Shown here: positions 11,153-20,009 of the stretch, one piece after another
Layout: each line of letters starts with the position of its first letter
How positions within the stretch are numbered: the first letter of the stretch is position 1
DNA from: Hyalangium minutum
GTDB lineage: Bacteria; Myxococcota; Myxococcia; Myxococcales; Myxococcaceae
Length of the DNA stretch: 64,000 nucleotides
Direction of reading: 5' to 3'
Assembly: GCF_000737315.1 (NCBI RefSeq)
Contig: NZ_JMCB01000001.1
Location: forward strand, 372,001 to 436,000
Translations under genes and position numbers: made by a program
The notes under the pieces: model-generated
Told to the model about the DNA's origin: nothing
The model's input: the letters and a program-made list of their open reading frames with translations, nothing else
The model's database searches: none

Positions 11153-12115
11153 TCAGCCGCGGGCCTTCAGAAGGACGCGGCCGAGCGGCCGGCCACGTTC
11201 CACGAAGGCATGGGCTTGCGCCGCGTCCGACAGCGCAAACACTTTTTCCACCGGCATCGATAATTCGCCGTCGGCGGCACGGCGCATCAGATCGGCAATG
11301 AGCCGCCTCACCCGATCCGTTCCCATTTCCCTGCCGAACATGAAGCTGAATACGGTCAGACCGTTCGTCAGCAAATCCTCGAAGGTTACCGAAGCGGTGA
11401 CGCCGCTCGCGGCGCCCACCAGCCCATAGCGTCCCTTGAAGGCGCAAGCGCCGAGCAGAGGGGCGCCGCCTGCCACGTCGAGGACGAGGTCGACGCCGCG
11501 GCCATCGGTCAGCTCGCGTGCGCGAGCGACCACATCCTCGTTCCGGTAGTCGATGACGTGGGTGGCACCGAGCTCGGAGACGCGCAGCAAACGCTCTGCG
11601 GTTGCCGCAACTGCGATCACCGTCGCGCCTGCCCGATGCGCGAGTTGTACCGCCGCGATCCCAACACCGCCCGTCGCACCGCGCACCAGAACGGTCTCGC
11701 CGGCCTTCAGCCGTCCGAACTCGAACAAGCCGTCACTGGCCGTGCCGAACTCGACCGGCAGCGCAGCGGCCACGGCGAAATCGAGCCCTTCTGGCAACGG
11801 ATAGACGTGCTGCTGGTCAACGCCGAACAGCTCGGCATGACTGCCGGCGAATGCGAACCCCGCTACCCGGTCGCCGGGCCGAACACTCGTGACCTGCTCC
11901 CCGACGGCTTCTACCGTCCCGGCTGCCTGGTAGCCGACGACATGAGGGGCTCCAGCTCGCGGTGGCGTGTTGCGCCGGTTGTAGATGTCGCCTCCCTGAA
12001 GCCCGACATAGGCGACGCGGATGAGGACAGTCGTGGGGGCGATCTCGGGGTCTGCGATCTCCTCGAAGCAGAGCACATCGGGATCACCATTCCTGTGGTA
12101 GACGGCAGCTTTCAA
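11153..12115 (-). CDS. Quinone oxidoreductase / MDR (zeta-crystallin-like)
   Basis: TTG-KAAVY start with AGAGG RBS; GDRV, GETVLVRGATGGVG, GRGVDLVLD, GRPLGRVLL. Confidence 0.85.
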   Translation of the reverse strand: MKAAVYHRNGDPDVLCFEEIADPEIAPTTVLIRVAYVGLQGGDIYNRRNTPPRAGAPHVVGYQAAGTVEAVGEQVTSVRPGDRVAGFAFAGSHAELFGVDQQHVYPLPEGLDFAVAAALPVEFGTASDGLFEFGRLKAGETVLVRGATGGVGIAAVQLAHRAGATVIAVAATAERLLRVSELGATHVIDYRNEDVVARARELTDGRGVDLVLDVAGGAPLLGACAFKGRYGLVGAASGVTASVTFEDLLTNGLTVFSFMFGREMGTDRVRRLIADLMRRAADGELSMPVEKVFALSDAAQAHAFVERGRPLGRVLLKARG

Positions 12116-12173
12116 CGACTTTTCCTCTCTGTATTGTCGGAGCGCGGCGTACGCAGCGCTCTCGCACAAAATG

Positions 12174-13085
12174 CTACTCGGAGCGAGCGGCGCTGGCGGC
12201 AAGTTCCTGTCGGTGTTCGGCCGCCCATTGCTTCCAGGTCAGGGCGGGACGGCCGGTGACGTGCGGCACGTCGTCTCGCACGCTCCCGATGCCGCCCAAC
12301 CGGCCATCGACGATCTGTCTCATGCACTCGACGCCGCTCTCCGCGTACCACTTCTCGGTCTCGAACTCGATCGAGTCGAAGGCCGCCTTGAACTCGTCCG
12401 GACCGAGCACGTTGCACGAGATCTCTCGTCCCGTGGCCTCGCTGAGGATCGCCGCGATCTGGGGACCGGTGGCCACCTCCGCGCTCAGCCAGTAGTCCTT
12501 TCCGTGGTGCCTCTCCGGCCCTTCGCGAAGCACGCTCGCGGCGACCGCGGCGATGTCGGCGGCGGCGATCCAGCCCGTGCGCTCTCCCTTCCAATAGGTG
12601 GTGATGGAGTCGTTCTTCGGATCGAAGAACAGCAGAATGTTCTCCATGAACATGTTGGGGTGAAGGTGGGTCCAGGCCATGCCGCTGGCCTTGACGTAGC
12701 TCTCGATAAGCTGATGCCAAGCGAAGTGGGGATCGGTGCAGTCCCATTCCGCGAACACGCCCAGATGCACGATGTGTTTCACACCCGCTTTGTACGCCGC
12801 GTCGATCAGCGTCTTGCTCTGGGCGAGCATCGCCACGGTGTAGCCGGTTAGGACGAAGAGCCGGTCGACGCCCGCGAGCGCGACCCCGAACGTTTCGGGC
12901 TTGTCGAGATCCAGGTAGACGGCGTCCTTTCCTTCGGACCTTAGCCGGTCCACGTCGGCGGGCCGACGCGAGCTGAGACGGACGCTCACGTCCTCGGACT
13001 GCGCGAGTTCCGCCACGATCTTCTTTCCGACCGTGCCGCTGGATCCCAAGACGAGCACTTTGGCCTTGCGTTGATTCTTTTCCAT
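12174..13085 (-). CDS. NmrA-like atypical SDR (NAD(P)H-binding)
   Basis: VLVLGSSGTVG Rossmann motif, GVDRLF, AGVKHIV, SGMAWTHLHPNMFMEN. The ORF-track extension upstream of 13085 is a shadow. Confidence 0.85.
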   Translation of the reverse strand: MEKNQRKAKVLVLGSSGTVGKKIVAELAQSEDVSVRLSSRRPADVDRLRSEGKDAVYLDLDKPETFGVALAGVDRLFVLTGYTVAMLAQSKTLIDAAYKAGVKHIVHLGVFAEWDCTDPHFAWHQLIESYVKASGMAWTHLHPNMFMENILLFFDPKNDSITTYWKGERTGWIAAADIAAVAASVLREGPERHHGKDYWLSAEVATGPQIAAILSEATGREISCNVLGPDEFKAAFDSIEFETEKWYAESGVECMRQIVDGRLGGIGSVRDDVPHVTGRPALTWKQWAAEHRQELAASAARSE

Positions 13086-13128
13086 GGCGTTCTGATCTCT
13101 GATTGAGGTGAGTCGTGACATCGACCGC

Positions 13129-13875
13129 TTACATGAACAGCGCACGAACCAGGCGAACGCCGTATTCCGCGCTCGGATTCGTGGTGCCGTCGCCGACCCG
13201 CTCTGCGATCGCCGCCGTCGACAGGTCGCGCCGCTTGGGCAAGCGGTCCCTTTCGGCCGCCGCCAGCGCCGCGGGCAACTGCTCCAAGTTGAGGTCGGTG
13301 CAGTAGCAGGGCGCGCCCGGCTGCTGTCGCCAAGACTCCGCGAGTGAGCCCGCGTCGTACGCGTCGAAGCCCGTGTCCCCGACGAGCGCCATGCCCACTT
13401 TCCGGTCCGCGTCGCTGTCGGCCGCGACCGGGAGTGCGATGCGCCCGGGCGTTCCCGAAGCTCCGCCCATCCTCGCGAAGGAGTCGGAGCCAATGGAGTT
13501 CCAAGCCTTCACGACCGGACGGCCCAGCTGCTCGGACACCCATAGGCTCTCAACTTGGCCGCTCTCGATGGCGTCGATCCGCTCGTCGCGCATGGGATAG
13601 TAGTTCGACGTGTCCATGACGACCGTGCTCTCCGGAAGGTCCGCGACCAGCGCGGCGATTCCAGGGATCTTGTTGAGGGGAATGGAGAGGATCGCCACGT
13701 CGACGCCCCTTAGGGCCTCGTCCATGCTGACCGCGCGAGCGCCGGTGGAGAGCGCCTCGGCGTCGATCGTCTCCGGCCCCCGAGAGTTGGCGACCGTCAC
13801 GTCGTGGCCGGCCGCGGCCAGCTTTCGAGCCAAGGTCTTTCCGATATGCCCCGCGCCGAGGATGCCGATCTTCAT
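13129..13875 (-). CDS. NADP oxidoreductase, F420_oxidored-like (paralogue 2)
   Basis: MKIGILGAGHIG, ANSRGPET, DTSNYYP, KAWN, SWRQQPG.P.YC. Confidence 0.85.
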   Translation of the reverse strand: MKIGILGAGHIGKTLARKLAAAGHDVTVANSRGPETIDAEALSTGARAVSMDEALRGVDVAILSIPLNKIPGIAALVADLPESTVVMDTSNYYPMRDERIDAIESGQVESLWVSEQLGRPVVKAWNSIGSDSFARMGGASGTPGRIALPVAADSDADRKVGMALVGDTGFDAYDAGSLAESWRQQPGAPCYCTDLNLEQLPAALAAAERDRLPKRRDLSTAAIAERVGDGTTNPSAEYGVRLVRALFM

Positions 13876-13973
13876 GGCCGCTCCTGTCGATTCGATGTCG
13901 CTTCGTTGTGGAGAGTTTTCATTGTGAATCCTAGGAACGGAAAGGCGCGATAGACGCTCGCGGGGACCGCGAC

Positions 13974-14720
13974 TCACATGTAGAGGGCGCGGTTCAGGCG
14001 AACCAAGTACTCGCCTTCGATGTTCAGGAAGTCGTCTCCGGCCCGCTCGGCGACCGCCGCCATGGCGAGATCGCGCCGCTTGGGCAAGCGGTCCCTTTCG
14101 GCCGCCGCCAGCGCCGCGGGCAACTGCTCCAAGCTGAGATCGGTGCAGTAGCAGGGCGCGCCCGGCTGTTGCCGCCATGACTCTGCGAGCGTGCCCGCGT
14201 CGTAGGCGTCGAAGCCGGTGTCCTCCACCAGCTCCAGAGCGACCTTGCGGTCCACGTCGCGGTCGGCTGCGATCGAGAGGGCGATGCGTCCTGGGCTGCC
14301 CGCAGGAAGGCCCTTCTTCGCGAAGGTGTCCGCGATCACCGAGTTCCAGGCCTTCGCCACGGGCCGGCCGAGCTGCTCGGCGAACCAAAGGCTCTCGACC
14401 TGCCCGGCCTCAAGAGCCTCGATCCTGTCGTCGCGCTGCGGGTAGTAGTTGGATGTGTCGATGACGACCGCATCGTCCTGAAGGCCCGAAAGAAGCGGCG
14501 CGACGGTGCGAAGCCGGGTGGGAGGGATCGACACGATCACGACGTCCACGTCTTTGACGGCCTCCGCCGCCGCGACCGCGCGAGCGCCGGTGGCCAGCGC
14601 TTCGGCGTCGATGGTCTCCGGGCCTCGCGAGTTGGAGACCTTGACGTCGTGCCCTGCGGCGGCGAGCTTAAGGGCCAGGGTTTTGCCGATCGAACCGGCT
14701 CCGATGATTCCAATTTTCAC
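13974..14720 (-). CDS. NADP oxidoreductase, F420_oxidored-like (paralogue 1)
   Basis: Same motifs and same length (248 aa) as the downstream copy. Confidence 0.85.
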   Translation of the reverse strand: MKIGIIGAGSIGKTLALKLAAAGHDVKVSNSRGPETIDAEALATGARAVAAAEAVKDVDVVIVSIPPTRLRTVAPLLSGLQDDAVVIDTSNYYPQRDDRIEALEAGQVESLWFAEQLGRPVAKAWNSVIADTFAKKGLPAGSPGRIALSIAADRDVDRKVALELVEDTGFDAYDAGTLAESWRQQPGAPCYCTDLSLEQLPAALAAAERDRLPKRRDLAMAAVAERAGDDFLNIEGEYLVRLNRALYM

Positions 14721-15292
14721 TTTTTGATTTCTCCTGATGGTTTCGTTGATCCAAGTAGGGCCGCTGGCACTGCCGATGCTCCTTGGCGGCGGTCAGCGTT
14801 CGGCGTCTCTTCGGCCTCTGTGGAACGGGCGATCCCGAGTCCGTTCAGGGTGTCGCGGAGCTGCACCAGGCCCTCGTCGGTGAGCTTGCACGCGGTCTCG
14901 ATGCGCTCCGGCACGGCGCATAGCTCTGCTCGAAGCGCCTCGCCCGCCTCGGTCAGCGCGATTTGGACGCGGCGCTCGTCACGCTCGTCCCGCGTCCGTG
15001 TGACCAGCCCTGCGGCGCCCAGCCGCTTGAGCAGGGGCGTGAGCGTTCCGTTGTCCATCCCGAGCTCGTTCCCGAGGCTTCCGACGGTGCGGGGCTCGCT
15101 GTCGTAGAGCGCCAGCATGACGAGGAATTGCGGGTAGGTCAGCCCGAACGGCTCTAGGAAAGGGCGATGGAGACGGATCATCCGACTGGCCGCGCCGTAC
15201 AGCGCAAACGAGAGCTGCGCCCCCACCCGTCGCCACTCCTTGCTTCCTCGCGTGAGTCTCGTACCAGGAGTTTTCGGCACGTTATTTCCCAT
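14717..15292 (-). CDS. MarR-family regulator, OhrR-like
   Basis: QLSFALY, PFLEPFGLTYPQFLVMLAL, GTLTPLLKRL, RTRDERDERRV. Confidence 0.85.
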   Translation of the reverse strand: MGNNVPKTPGTRLTRGSKEWRRVGAQLSFALYGAASRMIRLHRPFLEPFGLTYPQFLVMLALYDSEPRTVGSLGNELGMDNGTLTPLLKRLGAAGLVTRTRDERDERRVQIALTEAGEALRAELCAVPERIETACKLTDEGLVQLRDTLNGLGIARSTEAEETPNADRRQGASAVPAALLGSTKPSGEIKK

Positions 15293-15299
15293 TGCTTCT

Positions 15300-15320
15300 T
15301 ATTGTGTAGTGCACAACATA
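15300..15320. promoter_or_regulatory. Candidate OhrR/MarR operator
   Basis: AT-rich TTGTG-N5-CACAA inverted repeat directly upstream of the regulator start. Confidence 0.5.
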
Positions 15321-15493
15321 ATAAGTCAATAGGTGGTTCTCTGTTCCGGTTTGGACAACTCTTCTCTCGACGCGCAAGTACTGCGCACCCAGCCTTCCTG
15401 CCGTCTGCCTCTTCTGTTGCTCTGTCAGGTAGGACATGGGCTGTCCTACTTGACAGGTTGCCCGTCGCGCCCACCCATTCTGTGGGCGGGGTC

Positions 15494-15661
15494 ATGAGTT
15501 CTACTCCGCAGGCCCTGGCCAGAGAGAGGTACCCCTCGGATTTGACCGACGCGCAGTGGGAGCTGGTCGAGCCCTTCGTCCGCGGCAACCCCGTCGGTCC
15601 GCAGCCGGTGGTGCACTCACGGCGCGAGGTGCTCAACGCCATCCTCTACGTGTCGCGCACC
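15494..15661 (+). pseudogene. IS5-family transposase N-terminal fragment
   Basis: RYPSDLTDAQWELVEP...REVLNAILYVSRT; similarity stops where GCQWR would be expected, and no DDE domain follows. Confidence 0.8.
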
Positions 15662-15827
15662 CGCCTATACGCATACGCTTCCACTTGCCGATCCACGTCT
15701 TGCTCATGTCGTTTCCGTCGCCGGTTTGGTCCTTTTTCGGTCCCAAAAACCGGATTTGGTCCCAAAAATGCGAGCGCCGCCCCCGTTCTTAGAGGGCGGC
15801 GCCTTGAAAGCGGCGGGTTGCTCTACT

Positions 15828-15854
15828 TGGAAGCGGCGGCAATCGAACCCGCCG
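15828..15854. repeat. att-like direct repeat, right copy
   Basis: TGGAAGCGGCGGCAATCGAACCCGCCG; two mismatches versus 10782-10808. Confidence 0.7.
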
Positions 15855-15871
15855 CCATGCGGACCCACAGG

Positions 15872-18800
15872 CTACGCCTTCTTGAAGACCACGTAGCCAG
15901 CGGACGGAATGTTCACCTTCGTGTTGCCTCCGCCATTCAGCGTGGCGCCGAAGTTGCCGAAGTTCCCGCCGCCGTACGCCCCGGCGTCGCTGTTCAGCAC
16001 TTCCTTCCAGTTCCCTGGAGGCAACGGCATGTTGTAGCCGTCCAGGTTCTGGTGGTTGAGGCTGCCGACGATCAGGTACTCCTCGTTCCCGGACTTCCGC
16101 GTGAACGCCATCACCGAGTCGTTGTTGTGCGTGTACACCCGGTTCACCTCGGCATCCGCCTGGAACGCGGGGCTCGAGTTCCTCAGCGCGATGGCATCCT
16201 TGTAGAACTGGAACTGCTGCTTCCGGGTGATGTCCAGCATCGCCTCCGTGCGTTGCTCGCCGCCCAGGCCTGCCAGGTGGTTGAACACCTGCTTGTCCTG
16301 CGCCGACAGGCTCTTGTACGCCCCGTCCTGCTCACGCGCCTGCGGCGACAGCGTGAAGAGCCGCTCGTAGCTGGCCTTCTGCGCGTCGTTGAACGTCACC
16401 TTCGTCCAGTCCCAGTTCTTGCCCAGCGACTCCCAGCTCCAGTCGCTGTCCCACGTGGACGTGTTGCCCCACCGGAAGTCGTTCTGCGCTCCGAACTCGT
16501 CGCCCTGGAAGAACATCGGGATGCCCGGCGACGCGAACCCGATGCCCGCCGCGAACCGCGCCGCGTCCCGCGACCACTGGTCCGGAAAGTCCGTGGGCTT
16601 GTTGCCCTCGGCCGTGTTCATCGTCCGCTGCGCGTTCCCCACTTCGTCGTGGTTGGAGATGATCGACAGCGCGTGCTTCCAGCCGTCCAGCCCGCGCGGC
16701 GCCGTCAGCAGGTTCACGAACGCGTCCATGTCCGTCGTCTGGCCGCGCGACGCCGCCTGGATGAGCCCCGGCTTGCTGTTGTCGTTGATCAGCTTGTGCT
16801 GGAACTCTGTGTACCACTGCGCGTCGAAGCCGCCGCCCGTGCCGTCCGCCTTCGCCGGCCGCGAGATGGCCGGGTCGTAGTCAAACTGCTCCGCCACCGT
16901 CCACGTATTCGGGTTGACGAAGTGCACCTGGCGGTTGATCTCCCGCAGCATCTCCCAGCCGTCCTTGCCGCCCACGCCCTTGATGGGCTCGGTGAAGTCG
17001 AAGCGCAGGCCGTCGAACTTCAGCTCGGAGATCTGCTGCACCGCGTGGTCCACGAACAGCTGCTTCACCTTCGGGTTGTGGTACGCCGGCACCGCGCCCC
17101 ACGGCGTGTCCCGCTGCTCGAACTTCCCCGGCTCCTTGGACCAGTTGAAGTACGGGTTCTGCGCCCCGCCCAGGTTCCACAGGCCGTTGTTGTCCCCGTG
17201 CACGTGGTTGTACACGACGTCGGAAATCACGTTCAGTCCGCGCCCGTGCGCCTCGTCGATGAACCGCTTGAGCGCCTCATCGCCGGTCACCCACTTGCCC
17301 GTCTCGTCCTCGAAACCGAACGAACTCTCCGACGCCAGGCTGTTCACGCCCAGGTAGCCCCAGTTGCGGCTGCCCTCCACCTCGTTCGTCGGCAGCAGCT
17401 CCAGCGTGTTGACGCCCAGCTCCTTGAAGTGGTCCAGCTTCTTCGTCAAGTCCTCGAAGGTGGAGCGGTTCGAGTTACCGCCCTGCCCCAGGAAGCTCCC
17501 CACGTGCAGCTGGTACACCACCCACTTGCTCGGATCCTTCTCGCGCGGGGCGCTGTCGTTCTTCCACTGGAAGCTCGTCGGGTCAGTGACCACCGAGCCG
17601 CGGAAGCTCACGCCGCTGTCCGCGGTGATGAGATCGCTCCACGGATCATTGAAGCCCGACGCCTGGCGCTCCGCCGCGCTGTACGCCCCGTCCTTGTTCG
17701 TATCGTCGCGCAGCTGCAAGCCGCCCTTGCCGTCGCTCTCCATCACCTGGAACTCGTAGCGCAGGCCCACCAGCTTCTCGGGGTTGTTCACCAGCGCCGT
17801 CCACGCCCCGTCGTGGTTCGCCATCTTGATGCGGCCGTCCGCCTCGACGTTCTGCGACCACAGGTCGTTGAACTTGCCGCCGCGCACCTTGTCCACCAGC
17901 CCCGCGTCCCCTGCCCCGAGCCGCGCCAGCAGCTGCTCCCGGTTGAGCTGCTTGCCGTCCGCGTCCTTGAGCACCAGATAGGCGCCTGCGGCGTTCTCCT
18001 CGTCATCAATGGTGAAGCGCGTCAGCTCGGAGGCGCCCGGGAAGTACCGGTTCTCCTCGCGGCCCTTCATCGGATCCACATAGAGCCGGTCGATGCCGCG
18101 CTGCTCGCCCATCATCTGCCGCGCGTACGGATCCGGCCGGTCGCTCGTCAACCCTCCCGAGTCCACCACCTCGTAGACGTAGGACTTGCCCTCGAGCTGC
18201 TTCCAGCCGCCCTTCACCTCGGCGGCCCAGTCCCCGTTCTCCGCCTTCTGCATGGGGATGCGCTGCACGTTGCCCTGCTGATCCGTCACCTTCACCTGCA
18301 CCGCGCGCGCGTCCGGCGCCCAGAGCTTGAAGGAGATGTCGTCCCCGCGCTTCTGCGAGCCCATCTCGTGGTACGTCGTCGGCGCGTACGAGGCCGAGGG
18401 CTTGCTCAGGTCCAGCTTGAGGTTGCCCTCGCCCATCACCGCCCACTGGTCGTTACCCGAGGGCCCGTCCACCGTGACACCCCACTCCCAGTTGCGCGGC
18501 AGGCCATCGTCCTGCAGTTCCACCGTGGCCTCCCACTTGCCGTTGCCCAGCGAGCGCATGGGGATGGAGCCCGCGTCCCACTGGTTGCTGAAGCGGCCCT
18601 GGGCGTCCCAGCTCCCCTTCAGCTTCACGTCCGTGAGGTTGCTGTGCGGCCCGGCGTCATAGACGAGCGTCATCGTCTTCTTCACCGGCTGCCCCGGCGC
18701 CGCGGCCGTCGTCACCGCAGACAGGGACTGGGCCGCCGCCACGCCCGGGCGCGAAGCCTTGCCCGTGGACTCGAAGCCATCCGTGGCGCGCGCGGCGCTC

Positions 18801-18964
18801 GCCTTCGTGCTCGCCGTGGAGGCCGTAGCGTTGGAGCCCGCCGGCTTCTTCGCCGAGGCCGCCGAGCCCGTCTCCTTCGCAGTATTCGTGGGGGCGTTGC
18901 CCTTGGCCGCCGCAGGAGCCGGCGCCGGGTTCAGGGCGGGTCGGTTGATCTTGGTGTCGCTCAC
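15872..18964 (-). CDS. GH13 alpha-amylase-family enzyme (trehalohydrolase/branching-enzyme-like) with CBM-like modules and low-complexity N-terminus
   Basis: FKLWAPDA (CBM48-like), YQLHVG, NWGY, DVVYNH, DGLRFD, VAE, NHDE, PMFFQGDEFG. GTG start with GGAGG RBS. Confidence 0.85.
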   Translation of the reverse strand: MSDTKINRPALNPAPAPAAAKGNAPTNTAKETGSAASAKKPAGSNATASTASTKASAARATDGFESTGKASRPGVAAAQSLSAVTTAAAPGQPVKKTMTLVYDAGPHSNLTDVKLKGSWDAQGRFSNQWDAGSIPMRSLGNGKWEATVELQDDGLPRNWEWGVTVDGPSGNDQWAVMGEGNLKLDLSKPSASYAPTTYHEMGSQKRGDDISFKLWAPDARAVQVKVTDQQGNVQRIPMQKAENGDWAAEVKGGWKQLEGKSYVYEVVDSGGLTSDRPDPYARQMMGEQRGIDRLYVDPMKGREENRYFPGASELTRFTIDDEENAAGAYLVLKDADGKQLNREQLLARLGAGDAGLVDKVRGGKFNDLWSQNVEADGRIKMANHDGAWTALVNNPEKLVGLRYEFQVMESDGKGGLQLRDDTNKDGAYSAAERQASGFNDPWSDLITADSGVSFRGSVVTDPTSFQWKNDSAPREKDPSKWVVYQLHVGSFLGQGGNSNRSTFEDLTKKLDHFKELGVNTLELLPTNEVEGSRNWGYLGVNSLASESSFGFEDETGKWVTGDEALKRFIDEAHGRGLNVISDVVYNHVHGDNNGLWNLGGAQNPYFNWSKEPGKFEQRDTPWGAVPAYHNPKVKQLFVDHAVQQISELKFDGLRFDFTEPIKGVGGKDGWEMLREINRQVHFVNPNTWTVAEQFDYDPAISRPAKADGTGGGFDAQWYTEFQHKLINDNSKPGLIQAASRGQTTDMDAFVNLLTAPRGLDGWKHALSIISNHDEVGNAQRTMNTAEGNKPTDFPDQWSRDAARFAAGIGFASPGIPMFFQGDEFGAQNDFRWGNTSTWDSDWSWESLGKNWDWTKVTFNDAQKASYERLFTLSPQAREQDGAYKSLSAQDKQVFNHLAGLGGEQRTEAMLDITRKQQFQFYKDAIALRNSSPAFQADAEVNRVYTHNNDSVMAFTRKSGNEEYLIVGSLNHQNLDGYNMPLPPGNWKEVLNSDAGAYGGGNFGNFGATLNGGGNTKVNIPSAGYVVFKKA

Positions 18965-19060
18965 GTTCGCCTCCACTTAGATGTGGGATACTGTGTGGTG
19001 TGCGTATCTTCGCACCTTACCTGCACAAAGTTGCGTCTCTCTTGGAAGGAGTGTCCGAAA

Positions 19061-19858
19061 TCAGTGTCCCGCCAAGAGAAGGAGCAGCTCGATGGGCAAA
19101 GAGTTGATGCCGATGCCGATCGAGGCGTGAAGCGGGCTGCCCACCGAGATGCCAGCCCCGACGTTGAGGTGTCCAAATGGACCCAGGCACCATTTCACGC
19201 CAGCCTCGGCGCCCACGTTGACGGAATGCTGTTGGAAGGCGCCGCCCAGAAGCAAGGTGCCGTAGGGGACGACGTCCGGGGTGAGGAAGTACTGGTAGCC
19301 GATGGAGGCGTTGAGCTCGTTGGCGCCGAGATCATTGCCGGCGAAGTGCAGGCCCAGCGTCATGCGCCGCGCCCAGAAGCTCATCGGCTGGAAGGAGTAC
19401 GCCAGGGCGTAGGTGGTCTCCCCTCCGGTGGGCGAGGGCCGGTACCAGAAGATGAACTCGCGGTCCGGCTTGTCGATGGCGGGAGCTTCCCAGAGCATCA
19501 GCTGCGCCCGCTCCGCGTCCCCCGGCTGCCTGCGCGTCTGGTAGAGCTCCGCCAGCGCCCAAGTGGCCTGCTCGCTCTCGTATTCGTAGCCCTTGGTCAG
19601 CGGGGCCTCGGCGCCGTCGAGCTCGCCGCGCTCCAGCATCAGCTGGCCCTGGGTAATGCAGTCCTCGATGGTGCCGCCCTCGCACGAGCGGGCGAAGGCG
19701 TTCTCGGCCTGCTGCTTCTCCCCCTGTGCGAGGAGGTCGCTGCCCCACTGGCTGCACGCGTAGGTGCTGCCGCGCTCGCAGCCGGTGCGCAGGTCTCCGG
19801 AGGTGGTGGCACACGCGGCGGTCAGGAGGGGAAGGACCACCACAAGGAATCGCGCCAC
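19061..19858 (-). CDS. Lipoprotein with Sel1/TPR-like repeats and C-terminal beta-strand domain
   Basis: Lipobox LTAAC; AFARSCEGG..C..G repeats; alternating C-terminal strands. Start uncertain (19858 or 19918). Confidence 0.6.
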   Translation of the reverse strand: MARFLVVVLPLLTAACATTSGDLRTGCERGSTYACSQWGSDLLAQGEKQQAENAFARSCEGGTIEDCITQGQLMLERGELDGAEAPLTKGYEYESEQATWALAELYQTRRQPGDAERAQLMLWEAPAIDKPDREFIFWYRPSPTGGETTYALAYSFQPMSFWARRMTLGLHFAGNDLGANELNASIGYQYFLTPDVVPYGTLLLGGAFQQHSVNVGAEAGVKWCLGPFGHLNVGAGISVGSPLHASIGIGINSLPIELLLLLAGH

Positions 19859-20009
19859 ACGCCACGGGTAGGCTGCTCGAAGGCGCTCAGCGCGGGCGTG
19901 GCGGGGGGAACGCATCATCGAGCTCCGAGGGGGACAGCCGGGAGGATACCGCATTCCGCGGCGTCCCTTCTCGGGGGCCCGTGCCAGGAGGCCCGTGCCC
20001 TCGCGCGGG

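Larger units (their letters stand above)
10782..15854. mobile_element. Decayed integrative island (~5 kb) carrying redox genes
   Basis: Bounded by 27-bp direct repeats (25/27 identical); short tandem repeats near both ends; IS5 fragment; no intact integrase. Confidence 0.6.

Noticed and set aside
12174-14388. ORF-track N-terminal extensions (439 aa and 419 aa) implying domain fusions
   Set aside because: The extensions overlap upstream genes in another frame; family starts are at 13085 and 13875.
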